Of a stretch of 64,000 nt of DNA, positions 1 through 8,692 are shown one piece after another (position 1 is the stretch's first letter; every line of letters starts with the position of its first letter). Location: the NCBI GenBank assembly GCA_963718525.1, contig OY970355.1:3072001-3136000 (forward strand), given 5' to 3'. Under the pieces are notes generated by a model. That model saw only the letters and a program-made list of their open reading frames with translations, was not told the origin of the DNA and did not search any database. Source of the stretch: Candidatus Dormiibacterota bacterium. Its GTDB lineage: Bacteria; Chloroflexota; Dormibacteria; Aeolococcales; Aeolococcaceae. A program made the position numbers and the translations under genes.

Positions 1-819
1 CGGCGTCGCGATGGACGGATGATCACGATCGTCTCGGGCAAGGGCGGCGTCGGCAAATCCGTCATCGCCACCAACCTTGCGCTGGTGCTCAACCGGCCGC
101 ACCCCGGCAGCGTGGTGCTCGTCGACCTCTCACTCCAATTCGGCGACGTCGCCGCTCTGCTCGCTATGACGCCCGACGGATCGATCGCGGAATTCGCGGC
201 CAGCGATGCCGGGATGACCGATCGCCACGTCATCCAGCAGGCACTGTCGCTCGGTCCCCAGGGGCTGACCGTCATCGCGGCACCCCCGAGCCCCGAGCTC
301 GCCGACTACGTCACCACCGCACATCTGCGATCGCTGGTGGCCGAGCTCCGCTCCACGTTCGAACTCGTCGTCGCCGATACCACGTCACAGCTCTCCGAGA
401 TCACCCTGGAAGCCCTCGAGAACTCGGACCACATCGTGCTGGTCACCGACTTCAGCGTGACATCGGTCAAGAACACCCGCCTGATCATGTCGGTGATCGG
501 TGTGCTTCAGGTCGACCCCGAACGCATCGTGGTGGTGGCGAACCACCGCGACGCCCCGCTCGCCGGGGGCATGGATCGCGCTCGGATCGAAGATTTCCTT
601 CGCCACCCGGTCGCTGCGGAGATTCCGTACGACGCGACCGCGATCGGTGGGTCGGTCAGCACCGGGGTCCCTGTCGTAATCGCCGGCCACTCCTCCCCTG
701 CCACCGCAGCGTTCGAGCGCCTCGCGTCGACGTTACTCGGCGACGCCACCCCCGAGTCGGCCGCCGAGCCGGTCGGTAAGAAGCGCAGCCGCAGGCGACT
801 CGGCTTCGCTCGAGACTAA
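1..819 (+). CDS. CpaE/MinD-ParA family ATPase, 5'-truncated by the window edge
   Basis: Deviant Walker A SGKGGVGKS, VDLSLQFGD, LVVADT; basic C-terminal tail KKRSRRRLGF; frame open from base 1. Confidence 0.85.
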   Translation, partial: RRRDGRMITIVSGKGGVGKSVIATNLALVLNRPHPGSVVLVDLSLQFGDVAALLAMTPDGSIAEFAASDAGMTDRHVIQQALSLGPQGLTVIAAPPSPELADYVTTAHLRSLVAELRSTFELVVADTTSQLSEITLEALENSDHIVLVTDFSVTSVKNTRLIMSVIGVLQVDPERIVVVANHRDAPLAGGMDRARIEDFLRHPVAAEIPYDATAIGGSVSTGVPVVIAGHSSPATAAFERLASTLLGDATPESAAEPVGKKRSRRRLGFARD

Positions 820-826
820 GCGGCGC

Positions 827-2059
827 TTAGCGGCCGAAAATCCGGCGCTTGCGCTTGTCGTCCGCCTTGCCCGCGGCCGCACCGGCGCCAACCGGTTGGC
901 CGTTGCCGGGAACCATCGCGCCGGCCAGCTCACGAATCGAGCGGCTGATGTCGGATTCCGGGCTCGAGGTGACGAAGGGGATACCGCGGTTGATCGAATC
1001 GCCCACGACACGCGGGTCGTAGGGAATCTGCGCACCGACGCTCTGACGGAGGTTCTGCTCGATCGAGTCCTTGTTGAAGTCGGAATGTGAGTCACTGCGA
1101 TCGACGACCAGGAGCACCGCGCTCGGGTCGACTGTGAGCGATTCGAGCACCTTGAGGGCCAGCTTGGCATCCTTGATCGCGGGGATCGTGAGCGCGGTGA
1201 CCACGAGGATGTGCTGCGCCGACTCGATCACCTCGAGGTTGAAGTCAGCCAGGTGGCACGACGTGTCGACCACGACGTAGTCGAAGGTTTTTCGCAGCTC
1301 AGCCATGACCATGCGGACGTGGTCGTTGGTGATCAGGTCGGCCAGCTCGGGGCTGATCGGGGCGAGGAGCACACGAACCCCGTTCGGCCCGCTCGCCATG
1401 ACCTCGTTGAGCATCTCGGGCTCGAGTGTCTCCGAGTCCACCACATCGGTGATGCTCCGGCTGTGATCGAGGTTGAGCATCACGCCGATATCCCCGAACT
1501 GCAGGTCGAGATCGACAAGGGCGACGCGCGATTCCGTCTCGACCGCAAGTGCCACGGACAGGTTGGTCGCGAGCAGCGTCTTGCCGACGCCTCCCTTGCC
1601 GGAGAAGAGCACGATCACCTCGCCCAACGCGGCAGGGCGGGGGGCGCCAGTGCCGTCCGGGACGGCCGCGCGCGCGAACGTCCCCTTCTTCTCCTCGAGC
1701 TGATGGACACGGCGAATCGCCGCTACCAGCTCGTCATGGCTGAATGGTTTGATCAGATATTCGCGAGCGCCGGCCTGCATCGCCCGGCGCAGGTAGTCGC
1801 GCTCGCCCTGCACCGACATGATGATCACCGGCGAGGCTGGCAGTTCCTGGGCCAACCGCTCGGTGAGCTGGATCCCGTCCATGATCGGCATGTTCACGTC
1901 GGTGAGCACGATGTCCGGGAGCAGCCGGTGCGCCTCCTCGAGCCCCTGCTTGCCGTCGCCGGCGGTCCCGATGACCTCGATGTCCTCCTCGAACCCGAGC
2001 AATTTGCGCAGGTTGTCGCGGGTGCTCGCGATGTCGTCGACGATGAGAAGCCGGATCAC
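827..2059 (-). CDS. Receiver domain + CpaE-like ATPase (Tad/Flp pilus CpaE-type)
   Basis: REC (LLIVDD, LTDVNMP, IKPF) then SGKGGVGKT and VDLDLQFGD; GTG start at 2059 just after the rplA stop. Confidence 0.88.
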   Translation of the reverse strand: MIRLLIVDDIASTRDNLRKLLGFEEDIEVIGTAGDGKQGLEEAHRLLPDIVLTDVNMPIMDGIQLTERLAQELPASPVIIMSVQGERDYLRRAMQAGAREYLIKPFSHDELVAAIRRVHQLEEKKGTFARAAVPDGTGAPRPAALGEVIVLFSGKGGVGKTLLATNLSVALAVETESRVALVDLDLQFGDIGVMLNLDHSRSITDVVDSETLEPEMLNEVMASGPNGVRVLLAPISPELADLITNDHVRMVMAELRKTFDYVVVDTSCHLADFNLEVIESAQHILVVTALTIPAIKDAKLALKVLESLTVDPSAVLLVVDRSDSHSDFNKDSIEQNLRQSVGAQIPYDPRVVGDSINRGIPFVTSSPESDISRSIRELAGAMVPGNGQPVGAGAAAGKADDKRKRRIFGR

Positions 2060-2072
2060 ACCGATCTCGACC

Positions 2073-2783
2073 TCAGCCCACCGACAGTCGTGCTGCCTGC
2101 ACCGGGTCCACCGGGACGCCCGGGCCCATGGTCGCGGCAAGCGTGACCGTCTTCACGTAGGTGCCCTTTGCACCGGAGGGCTTGGCTCGAACGATCGCAT
2201 CCATCAAGGCGGCGAAATTGTCGCGCAATTTGTCGTCATCGAACGACGCTTTGCCGATTGCCGTATGGATGATGCCAGTCCTGTCATTGCGAAACTCGAC
2301 GCGTCCACCCTGGACGTCCTGGATCGCCTTGGCGATATCGAACGTCACGGTGCCGGCTTTGGGGTTGGGCATCAGCCCGCGCGGCCCGAGAATCTTGCCC
2401 AGGCGCCCGACCATGCCCATCACCTCGGGAGTGGCGAGCGCCACGTCGAAGTCGATCTCGCCGCCCTGCACCTTCTTCACCAGGTCCTCGCCGCCGACCA
2501 CGTCGGCCCCGGCCTCGATGGCCTCGCGAAGCTTCTCGCCAGTGGCAAAGACCGCGATGCGCCGGGTCTTGCCGGTGCCGTGGGGCAGGGTGACCGTGCT
2601 GCGGACGACCTGATCCGCATGGCGCGGATCGATGCCGAGGCGGACGTGCGCCTCGATCGACGAATCAAATGCGGTGACTGCGGTCTGGCGGGCGAGGCTC
2701 ACGGCCTCGGCCGGTGGATAGAACTTCCCGGTCTCGATCGCGCTCGCGGCCTCGCGGTATTTCTTGCCGTGTCGTGCTGGCAT
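2073..2783 (-). CDS. rplA: 50S ribosomal protein L1
   Basis: [27 protein letters not shown] motifs. Confidence 0.99.
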   Translation of the reverse strand: MPARHGKKYREAASAIETGKFYPPAEAVSLARQTAVTAFDSSIEAHVRLGIDPRHADQVVRSTVTLPHGTGKTRRIAVFATGEKLREAIEAGADVVGGEDLVKKVQGGEIDFDVALATPEVMGMVGRLGKILGPRGLMPNPKAGTVTFDIAKAIQDVQGGRVEFRNDRTGIIHTAIGKASFDDDKLRDNFAALMDAIVRAKPSGAKGTYVKTVTLAATMGPGVPVDPVQAARLSVG

Positions 2784-2798
2784 GGTTTCACTTTCTCC

Positions 2799-2834
2799 GT
2801 GGTGTTGGCGGGCACATCAACGGCGCCCTCCCAC
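2799..2834 (-). promoter_or_regulatory. Putative L1 autogenous binding site in the rplA leader
   Basis: GUGGGAG-GGCGC...GUGCC...ACCAC stem resembling the 23S rRNA L1 site, between rplK and rplA. Confidence 0.65.
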
Positions 2835-2842
2835 TCAGTGGT

Positions 2843-3265
2843 TCAGTTGACGTTGAGACCCATCGATCGCGCGGTGCCCTCGATGATCCGCGTCGCGTGT
2901 TCGAGGTCGTGCGCATTGAGGTCAGCCTGCTTGACCTCGGCGATCTCGCGCACCTGCTGCTTGGAAAGGGAGCCGACCTTGTCGCGGTTGGGGTTGCCCG
3001 ATCCCTTCTCCACGCCCGCAGCCTTTTTCAGCAGCTCGGAGGCGGGCGGCGTTTTGGTGATGAAGCTGAAGGTCCGGTCCTCGAACACGGTGATCTGGGC
3101 GGGGATCACTCCTGTCATGTTGGCGGTGCGCTCGTTGTACGCCTTGCAGAATTCCATGATGTTGAGCCCGTGGGGACCCAGCGCGGTGCCCACCGGCGGA
3201 GCCGGGGTTGCCTTGCCGGCCTGCAGCTGCAGCTTGATGACGGTCTTGATCTTCTTCTTGCTCAT
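2843..3265 (-). CDS. rplK: 50S ribosomal protein L11
   Basis: [26 protein letters not shown]. Confidence 0.99.
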   Translation of the reverse strand: MSKKKIKTVIKLQLQAGKATPAPPVGTALGPHGLNIMEFCKAYNERTANMTGVIPAQITVFEDRTFSFITKTPPASELLKKAAGVEKGSGNPNRDKVGSLSKQQVREIAEVKQADLNAHDLEHATRIIEGTARSMGLNVN

Positions 3266-3282
3266 GCTTTCCTTGCAGCGTC

Positions 3283-3849
3283 CTAGCGGAGGCGCTCGAC
3301 CTGGAGCAGGTCGAGCTCGACGGGCGTCTCGCGTCCGAACATGTTCACGAGCACCTTGAGCTTGCCCTTCTCGACGTTGATCTCGGTCACCTTGCCGTGG
3401 AAGTCCGTGAACGGCCCGTCGATGACCCGGACGTTCTCGCCGACCTCGTACTCGACGTTGACCTTGGTGGGCGCCTCGGCCTTCACCTGCTTCTGAATGC
3501 CGCGAATCTCGTGCTCCTGCAACGGAACAGGCTTGTTGCCCGAGCCCACGAAGGAGGTCACGCCCGGCGTGTTACGGACGACGTACCACGACTCGTCCGA
3601 CATCACCATGTTGACGAGGATGTAGCCGGGGAAGATCCGTTTGCTCACCTTGCGGCGCTGGCCATCCTTGATCTCCATGACCTCCTCGGTCGGAACCAGG
3701 ACGTCGAAGATCTGGTCGTGCATGTCCATGGACTCGACGCGCTTGAGGAGGTTCGCGCGAACCTTCTCCTCATGGCCGGAATACGCATGCACGACGTACC
3801 AGCGGGCGTCCTTGGCGGAAACGGCGGCGTTGCTCACAGCGATGTTCAT
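3283..3849 (-). CDS. nusG: Transcription termination/antitermination factor NusG
   Basis: [19 protein letters not shown] motif [17 protein letters not shown]. Confidence 0.99.
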   Translation of the reverse strand: MNIAVSNAAVSAKDARWYVVHAYSGHEEKVRANLLKRVESMDMHDQIFDVLVPTEEVMEIKDGQRRKVSKRIFPGYILVNMVMSDESWYVVRNTPGVTSFVGSGNKPVPLQEHEIRGIQKQVKAEAPTKVNVEYEVGENVRVIDGPFTDFHGKVTEINVEKGKLKVLVNMFGRETPVELDLLQVERLR

Positions 3850-3862
3850 TCTCCCACGACGG

Positions 3863-4210
3863 CTACGGGGACACAGTTGGTGCCACGGTCGCGGCCGGTG
3901 CTGTTACGACGGGGGCGGTTGTCGCCGCCGGCGCCGGTGTCGTGGCGCTCACCTGCTGGGTGACCGCCTGCTTGACGCCGAGGCTCAACAGATAGTCTGC
4001 GCCACCCACGAGCGCGGCAAAGATGATCACCGTCGCGATCACGATCCCGGTCATGCGCAGCAATTCGTCCCGAGCCGGCCAGACGACCTTCTTCAGCTCC
4101 TCCCAGACACCACGCAGGTAGCCGACCGGGCCTCCCCGTCCGGCGGTGGCGGCAGGGAGGGCAGGCCGTGGTGGCCGCGGACCACCCGGGGCGCTTCGAG
4201 CCTTGGCCAT
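3863..4210 (-). CDS. secE: Preprotein translocase subunit SecE
   Basis: ELKKVVWP plus one TM helix; lies between tRNA-Trp and nusG; Ala/Thr/Pro-rich tail. Confidence 0.95.
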   Translation of the reverse strand: MAKARSAPGGPRPPRPALPAATAGRGGPVGYLRGVWEELKKVVWPARDELLRMTGIVIATVIIFAALVGGADYLLSLGVKQAVTQQVSATTPAPAATTAPVVTAPAATVAPTVSP

Positions 4211-4264
4211 TGACGGTGATGTCTCCTGATGGTGGTGCCGGGGCGGGCACGGCTGGGTGGGTGG

Positions 4265-4340
4265 TGGCAGGGGCGGCACGACTCGAACGCGCGACCCTCG
4301 GTTTTGGAGACCGATGCTCTACCAGCTGAGCTACGCCCCT
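4265..4340 (-). tRNA. tRNA-Trp (CCA)
   Basis: 76-nt cloverleaf AGGGGCGTAGCTCAG...CTCCAAA...GTTCGAGTC...CCCCTGCCA with encoded CCA. Confidence 0.97.
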
Positions 4341-4344
4341 TCGG

Positions 4345-4512
4345 TCACTTGGTCTCGCGATGCTGCCTGTGCATGCGGCAACGCCTGCAGAACTTCCGCA
4401 ACTCCAGTCGATCCGGGTCGTTCCGCTTGTTCTTGACCGTCGTGTAATTGCGTTCCTTGCACTCGTTGCACTGCAACGTGATGATCGCGGAACCGCCCTT
4501 GGTCGTGGCCAC
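4345..4512 (-). CDS. rpmG: 50S ribosomal protein L33, zinc-binding (C+) type; not in the ORF track
   Basis: Own translation [55 protein letters not shown]; GTG start. Confidence 0.97.
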   Translation of the reverse strand: MATTKGGSAIITLQCNECKERNYTTVKNKRNDPDRLELRKFCRRCRMHRQHRETK

Positions 4513-4526
4513 GTGACAATTGCCTC

Positions 4527-4573
4527 AAACACAAAAGAGACCTAGCGGCGCTAGGTCGGCATGCAGTTTACCA
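4527..4573 (-). promoter_or_regulatory. rpmG operon promoter (extended -10 TGgTAAACT) followed by a leader hairpin and U-tract
   Basis: TAAACT at 4570-4565; stem GACCTAGC/GCTAGGTC at 4539-4557 followed by TCTTTTGT. Confidence 0.5.
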
Positions 4574-4707
4574 CAGATCAGGAGAGCCAACGAAGCAACG
4601 GCCTCGGGTTCGGAACGGCGGCTTCGTCACCGGGTCGCCAACTCCGGATCAGGCGATTCGGACTACGCTGTGAACATACAACCGTCCACCCCGGGGGACC
4701 TATCATC

Positions 4708-5190
4708 ATGCACCCGTTGCTCCGCCCCGCGAATGTCGTGATCGCCGTGCTCGGCGCTGCCGTCATCGGTCTCGGCACCGTGGTCGCCGTTGACCACACC
4801 GCCGCGACCCCGCAGCCGCAAACGGCCTCGCTGTCGGCGGCCCAGACTGCCGCGTCGTCGCTGCTCGCCTCGGGCGGGTTCGCGCCCACCGGTCAATTCA
4901 GCAATGAGGCGGCGCACATCTTCGGCTTCTTCACTGCCGACACCAGCCTCACCTGGAACCAGATCGAGGCCGACCTCCTCAAGGGGGAGACGCTCGATCA
5001 GATCGCGGGGGCTCACGCCTCCAAGGTCGAGGCTGATGCCCTCGGTGAGGTGAAGGCGGGGCTCGCGCTGGGCGTCGTCAGGGGCGTGATCACGCAGGCA
5101 CAGGCAACCCGTCTGGCCAACGACGCTCAGGACGCGATCTCGGTCCTCATGGCTGCGAAGCTGAGCTTGCTGCTGCCCTCGGCGCACTGA
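4708..5190 (+). CDS. Hypothetical secreted or membrane-anchored protein
   Basis: N-terminal hydrophobic segment; helical GETLDQIA...GVITQAQA motif. Confidence 0.7.
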   Translation: MHPLLRPANVVIAVLGAAVIGLGTVVAVDHTAATPQPQTASLSAAQTAASSLLASGGFAPTGQFSNEAAHIFGFFTADTSLTWNQIEADLLKGETLDQIAGAHASKVEADALGEVKAGLALGVVRGVITQAQATRLANDAQDAISVLMAAKLSLLLPSAH

Positions 5191-5908
5191 TCGGGATCCC
5201 CCGCAGGTCCGCCTCCGAGACACCGATCGGCGGGTGCAGCATGCACTCCTTGTCCGAGTCCCCTTCCCACCACCAGCGCCCGGCTCGCTCGTTGTCCCCC
5301 TCCCCAGTGGGACGCGTGCACGGCGCGCACCCGATCGACGTGTAGCCGCGGTCGTACAGCGGATGGTGGTCGATCCCCTGCGCAGCGAGGTAGTCCCAGA
5401 CCTCGGCGCGCGACCATCCCGCCAGCGGCACCACTTTGGCGATGCCACCGTGGCCGGAATCGGCCGCCACGATCGGTGTTTCCGCCCGCGTCGGGGTTTG
5501 CTCGCGACGAAGGCCTGTGATCCACGCGTCGTAGTCCACCAGGGCGCGAGCAAGTGGGTTGACCTTGCGCACGGCGCAGCATTCGTTACGCAGGGCCACC
5601 GAACGCCTGAACTGCATCGACCCGTGTTCCCCCATCATCGCATCGAGCTCGCCGGAGTCCGGGGAAAGGATGCGGAGGCGAATCGGGTATCGCCGCCTCA
5701 CCTGTTCGATGAACTCGTGGGTCTCCTCATGCAGCCTGCCGGTGTCCAGCGTGAGCACCTCCGGCTCCGGCACGATCGCGCACGCCATGTCGATCAGCAC
5801 CATGGACTCGGCCTGGAAGCTCGCGACCAGCGCAACGCGGCGGAACCGCTGGTACGTCCAGGCGAGCACCTCCTGTGCCCCGGCTCGGGCGGGCTCGGTG
5901 ACCGTCAC
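5147..5908 (-). CDS. cysH: APS/PAPS reductase, Fe-S type
   Basis: LDTG, ECCAVRKV, TGLRREQ, SIGCAPCT, RAGRW, KECMLH. Confidence 0.93.
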   Translation of the reverse strand: MTVTEPARAGAQEVLAWTYQRFRRVALVASFQAESMVLIDMACAIVPEPEVLTLDTGRLHEETHEFIEQVRRRYPIRLRILSPDSGELDAMMGEHGSMQFRRSVALRNECCAVRKVNPLARALVDYDAWITGLRREQTPTRAETPIVAADSGHGGIAKVVPLAGWSRAEVWDYLAAQGIDHHPLYDRGYTSIGCAPCTRPTGEGDNERAGRWWWEGDSDKECMLHPPIGVSEADLRGIPISAPRAAASSASQP

Positions 5909-6077
5909 TTGCTCGCCCTGACCGGTGCGTGCGCCGCGATATGAGGGATCGCAATCACGGCGCACATGATCGGGCACTCACCCCATCTGCGACCGGAATA
6001 CCGAGAATCCCAACGATCGCGATCTCAGGCTCGGCCTCCGTCGACGTCCACAGGTGCCACGAGTTCAGGCTAGCGAG

Positions 6078-6602
6078 GTGTCCGACCTCGCGGCGCGACG
6101 CTCCTTCGGGTACGCGTCAACGCCCCTGGGGCGGGTGCTTCTGGTCACGGCCGGCCATGACCTGCTCGGGCTCTTCTTCGACGGCCATGCGCGCTCCCCG
6201 AGCGCCCCCGAAGCCGGGACGGCGCCCCGGGAGACCCTCGACATGGTCCGAATACAGCTCGACGAATACTTCCAAGGGCGCCGAACCCGTTTCGACCTGC
6301 GGCTCCGGTTGGAGGGCACGCCCTTTCAGCTCGCGGTGTGGTCAGCGCTGCTCGACATCCCGTACGGAACGAAATCGACCTACTCGGACGTTGCCACGCA
6401 GATCGGACGTCCACGAGCTGCGCGCGCGGTGGGTGCTGCCAACGGCCGGAACCCCATCTCCATCATCGTCCCCTGCCACCGTCTCGTCGGAGCAGACGGC
6501 GGGCTGACCGGCTACGGAGGAGGAATCGATCGCAAGCGGAGCCTCCTGGAGCTCGAGGGTGCCCTGCGCCGGTCGAGTTCCGACCGGTGGCCAGCCGGTT
6601 AG
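6078..6602 (+). CDS. ogt: Methylated-DNA--protein-cysteine methyltransferase
   Basis: GTPFQ, RAVG, PCHR active site; start could be 6054. Confidence 0.95.
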   Translation: MSDLAARRSFGYASTPLGRVLLVTAGHDLLGLFFDGHARSPSAPEAGTAPRETLDMVRIQLDEYFQGRRTRFDLRLRLEGTPFQLAVWSALLDIPYGTKSTYSDVATQIGRPRAARAVGAANGRNPISIIVPCHRLVGADGGLTGYGGGIDRKRSLLELEGALRRSSSDRWPAG

Positions 6603-7642
6603 GAAGTGGACAGGGGAAGTGTGACCGCGTCTCGGAGGACAGCGCGCCCGTGTGCAGCCCCGTTGGTGCCGTTCCTCATGAGGGCGTGAGCCGGCTCGTG
6701 GCTGCCATTGCTGCCGTTGGACCCGTTGGCGGTTCCGTGACAGTTGCCGAAGAACGCCTTGAGCACCTCGAGCTGACGATGCACGGCAGCTTCGTTCCAG
6801 CCATGCCCCTGGTCGCTGTCGGTGAACACGTGGAGATCGGGCAGCGTTGCGATGAGGCCCTTGAGGCGGTCGACGTCCACCAATCGATCGTGCCGGGCGA
6901 CGATGATGAGGGTTCGATCAGCTCGAGCGGCCACCACCGCGACGTCGTCCCGGCGAAGGCAGTCGTTGAGCCACTCCCGGGCAGCGCGTGGGTCGGCTCG
7001 ACGCTGGTTGTCGTAGTTGATATCGGCGGTACGGTCGTCGACATCGCCCTCCACGATGACGAAGCGCTTGTACAGGTCGCTGATCCAGCGCTGACGGCTC
7101 AACCAGACGACGCCGTCCCACATCGGGCGCCGGCTCAGCAGCCGCACCTGGTCTCGATAGCGGCGTCGCATGAGGTCCGGCGAGAGCAGCGGCGTGTGCA
7201 GCACCAGCCGTTCGGCGCGGCGACCAGCTCGCTTCGCAAGCGCGCACGCAACCGTGGCTCCGAGGCAGAGACCGCCCACGTCGAACCGGTCGATGTCGAG
7301 CTCGGTGAGGAGGTCGAAGATCAGGTCCGCCATCGCTCCCGACGAGTGACGTCCGGCGAGCGGCGGCGAGTCGCCGTTGCCGGGAAGATCGGGAATGATC
7401 AGGGTTCGATGCGCGCCGAGCTCACTGAACCTTCCGCCGAACTCTTCGGCCGAGCTGAGGAATCCGTGGCACAACACCAGCGGTTTGCCCCGTCCACCGA
7501 CGAGGTAGCGAAGCCGCTGGCCGCGGATCGTCGTGAACCGCTCCTCCATCATCGGCGGATCGATGGTGCGTTCCGACGAAACCCCGGCGGCCAGGTGCGC
7601 GTCAAGCTGGGCGCCTTGCATCAATAGCGTCATTAAAGCCAT
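6599..7642 (-). CDS. Alpha/beta hydrolase with a GxCxG elbow
   Basis: LCHGF, PDLPGNGDS, GGLCLGA, HD..HG; start approximate. Confidence 0.8.
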   Translation of the reverse strand: MALMTLLMQGAQLDAHLAAGVSSERTIDPPMMEERFTTIRGQRLRYLVGGRGKPLVLCHGFLSSAEEFGGRFSELGAHRTLIIPDLPGNGDSPPLAGRHSSGAMADLIFDLLTELDIDRFDVGGLCLGATVACALAKRAGRRAERLVLHTPLLSPDLMRRRYRDQVRLLSRRPMWDGVVWLSRQRWISDLYKRFVIVEGDVDDRTADINYDNQRRADPRAAREWLNDCLRRDDVAVVAARADRTLIIVARHDRLVDVDRLKGLIATLPDLHVFTDSDQGHGWNEAAVHRQLEVLKAFFGNCHGTANGSNGSNGSHEPAHALMRNGTNGAAHGRAVLRDAVTLPLSTS

Positions 7643-7691
7643 ACCTCGGGTCGTTGCGGCGGTCCGGTGGCGTACAGAGGAGGATCTGAAG

Positions 7692-8561
7692 CTGATCGAC
7701 GTCGCTCTGGCAACCTGCTCGCTGCTCCCCGACCTCGACGCTGACGAGCGCCTGCTGATCCCCGCGCTGGAGGCACACGGCGTCACTGCCGTGCCTCGCG
7801 TCTGGGACGACCCGTCGGTCCGATGGGACGATTTCCGGCTGATCGTGATTCGCTCCGCGTGGGATTACGCCCCGCGACGCGACGCCTTTCTTGCGTGGTG
7901 TTCCAGTCTTCCGCGCGTCCTCAACTCCGTCCCGGTGATCACCTGGAATACGGACAAATCGTACCTGCGCACTCTCGCCACCGCGGGGGTCCCGACGGTT
8001 CCCACCACCTGGGTCGGCGCCGATTCAGCCACCGCGAGCTTTCGTCTTCCCGAGGGTCAGCTGGTGATCAAGCCCGCGATCTCGTCGGGTGCGCAGCACA
8101 CCTCTCGCTATCCTTCGGACGACCATGCGGCGGCTCGGATGCACATCGATCGCCTGGTGATGAGCGGTCGTGAAGTGATGGTCCAGCCATACGTTTCCTC
8201 GATCAACTCCCACGGCGAAACTGGCCTCATCTACATCGATGGCGTCTTCTCGCACGCAATTCGCAAAGGCCCGCTGCTCCATGCACCAGGCGCCGCAACC
8301 GATCACCTCTGGGCTCTCGAGGACATCACGCCCCGCGTCGCGGATGCGGACGAGCTGGCCCTCGCGAAGCGCGTCCTGGATGAGCTGCCCTGGCCACGAA
8401 GGGAGTTGTTGTACGCCCGCGTCGACCTGGTTCGCGGCAGCGACGGCGCACCGCTGGTGCTCGAGCTCGAGCTCGCGGAGCCGTCGTTGTTTCTAGGGCT
8501 TGGCTCCGGCGCCGCCTCGCGGCTCGCGGCGGCGATCGCCGTTCGCCTCGGGCAGGACTGA
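7692..8561 (+). CDS. ATP-grasp protein (glutathione synthase-like / DcsG-like)
   Basis: RSAWDY, WNTDKSYL, IKPAISSGA, YARVD, ELELAEPSLF; probable CTG start after GAGGAGG. Confidence 0.85.
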   Translation: MIDVALATCSLLPDLDADERLLIPALEAHGVTAVPRVWDDPSVRWDDFRLIVIRSAWDYAPRRDAFLAWCSSLPRVLNSVPVITWNTDKSYLRTLATAGVPTVPTTWVGADSATASFRLPEGQLVIKPAISSGAQHTSRYPSDDHAAARMHIDRLVMSGREVMVQPYVSSINSHGETGLIYIDGVFSHAIRKGPLLHAPGAATDHLWALEDITPRVADADELALAKRVLDELPWPRRELLYARVDLVRGSDGAPLVLELELAEPSLFLGLGSGAASRLAAAIAVRLGQD

Positions 8562-8692
8562 CAGCGTCGTCGGGCTGATCTTCTCGCGAGTGGCACGCTC
8601 GGTCCGGTTGGTGATGATCAGGCGGGTCACCAGCGCACTGAAGGTCTCGTCGGGTCCGAGTGGTTGCTGACGCGACTTCGACAAGCGACCGC

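Noticed and set aside
1818-3359. 513-aa plus-strand ORF and similar long antisense ORFs (23742-25355, 28043-29395, 40421-42037)
   Set aside because: Shadow frames opposite well-supported genes, expected in high-GC DNA
6695-6735. 9-nt tandem repeat encoding NGSNGSNGS
   Set aside because: Short low-complexity tail; no array or spacer structure
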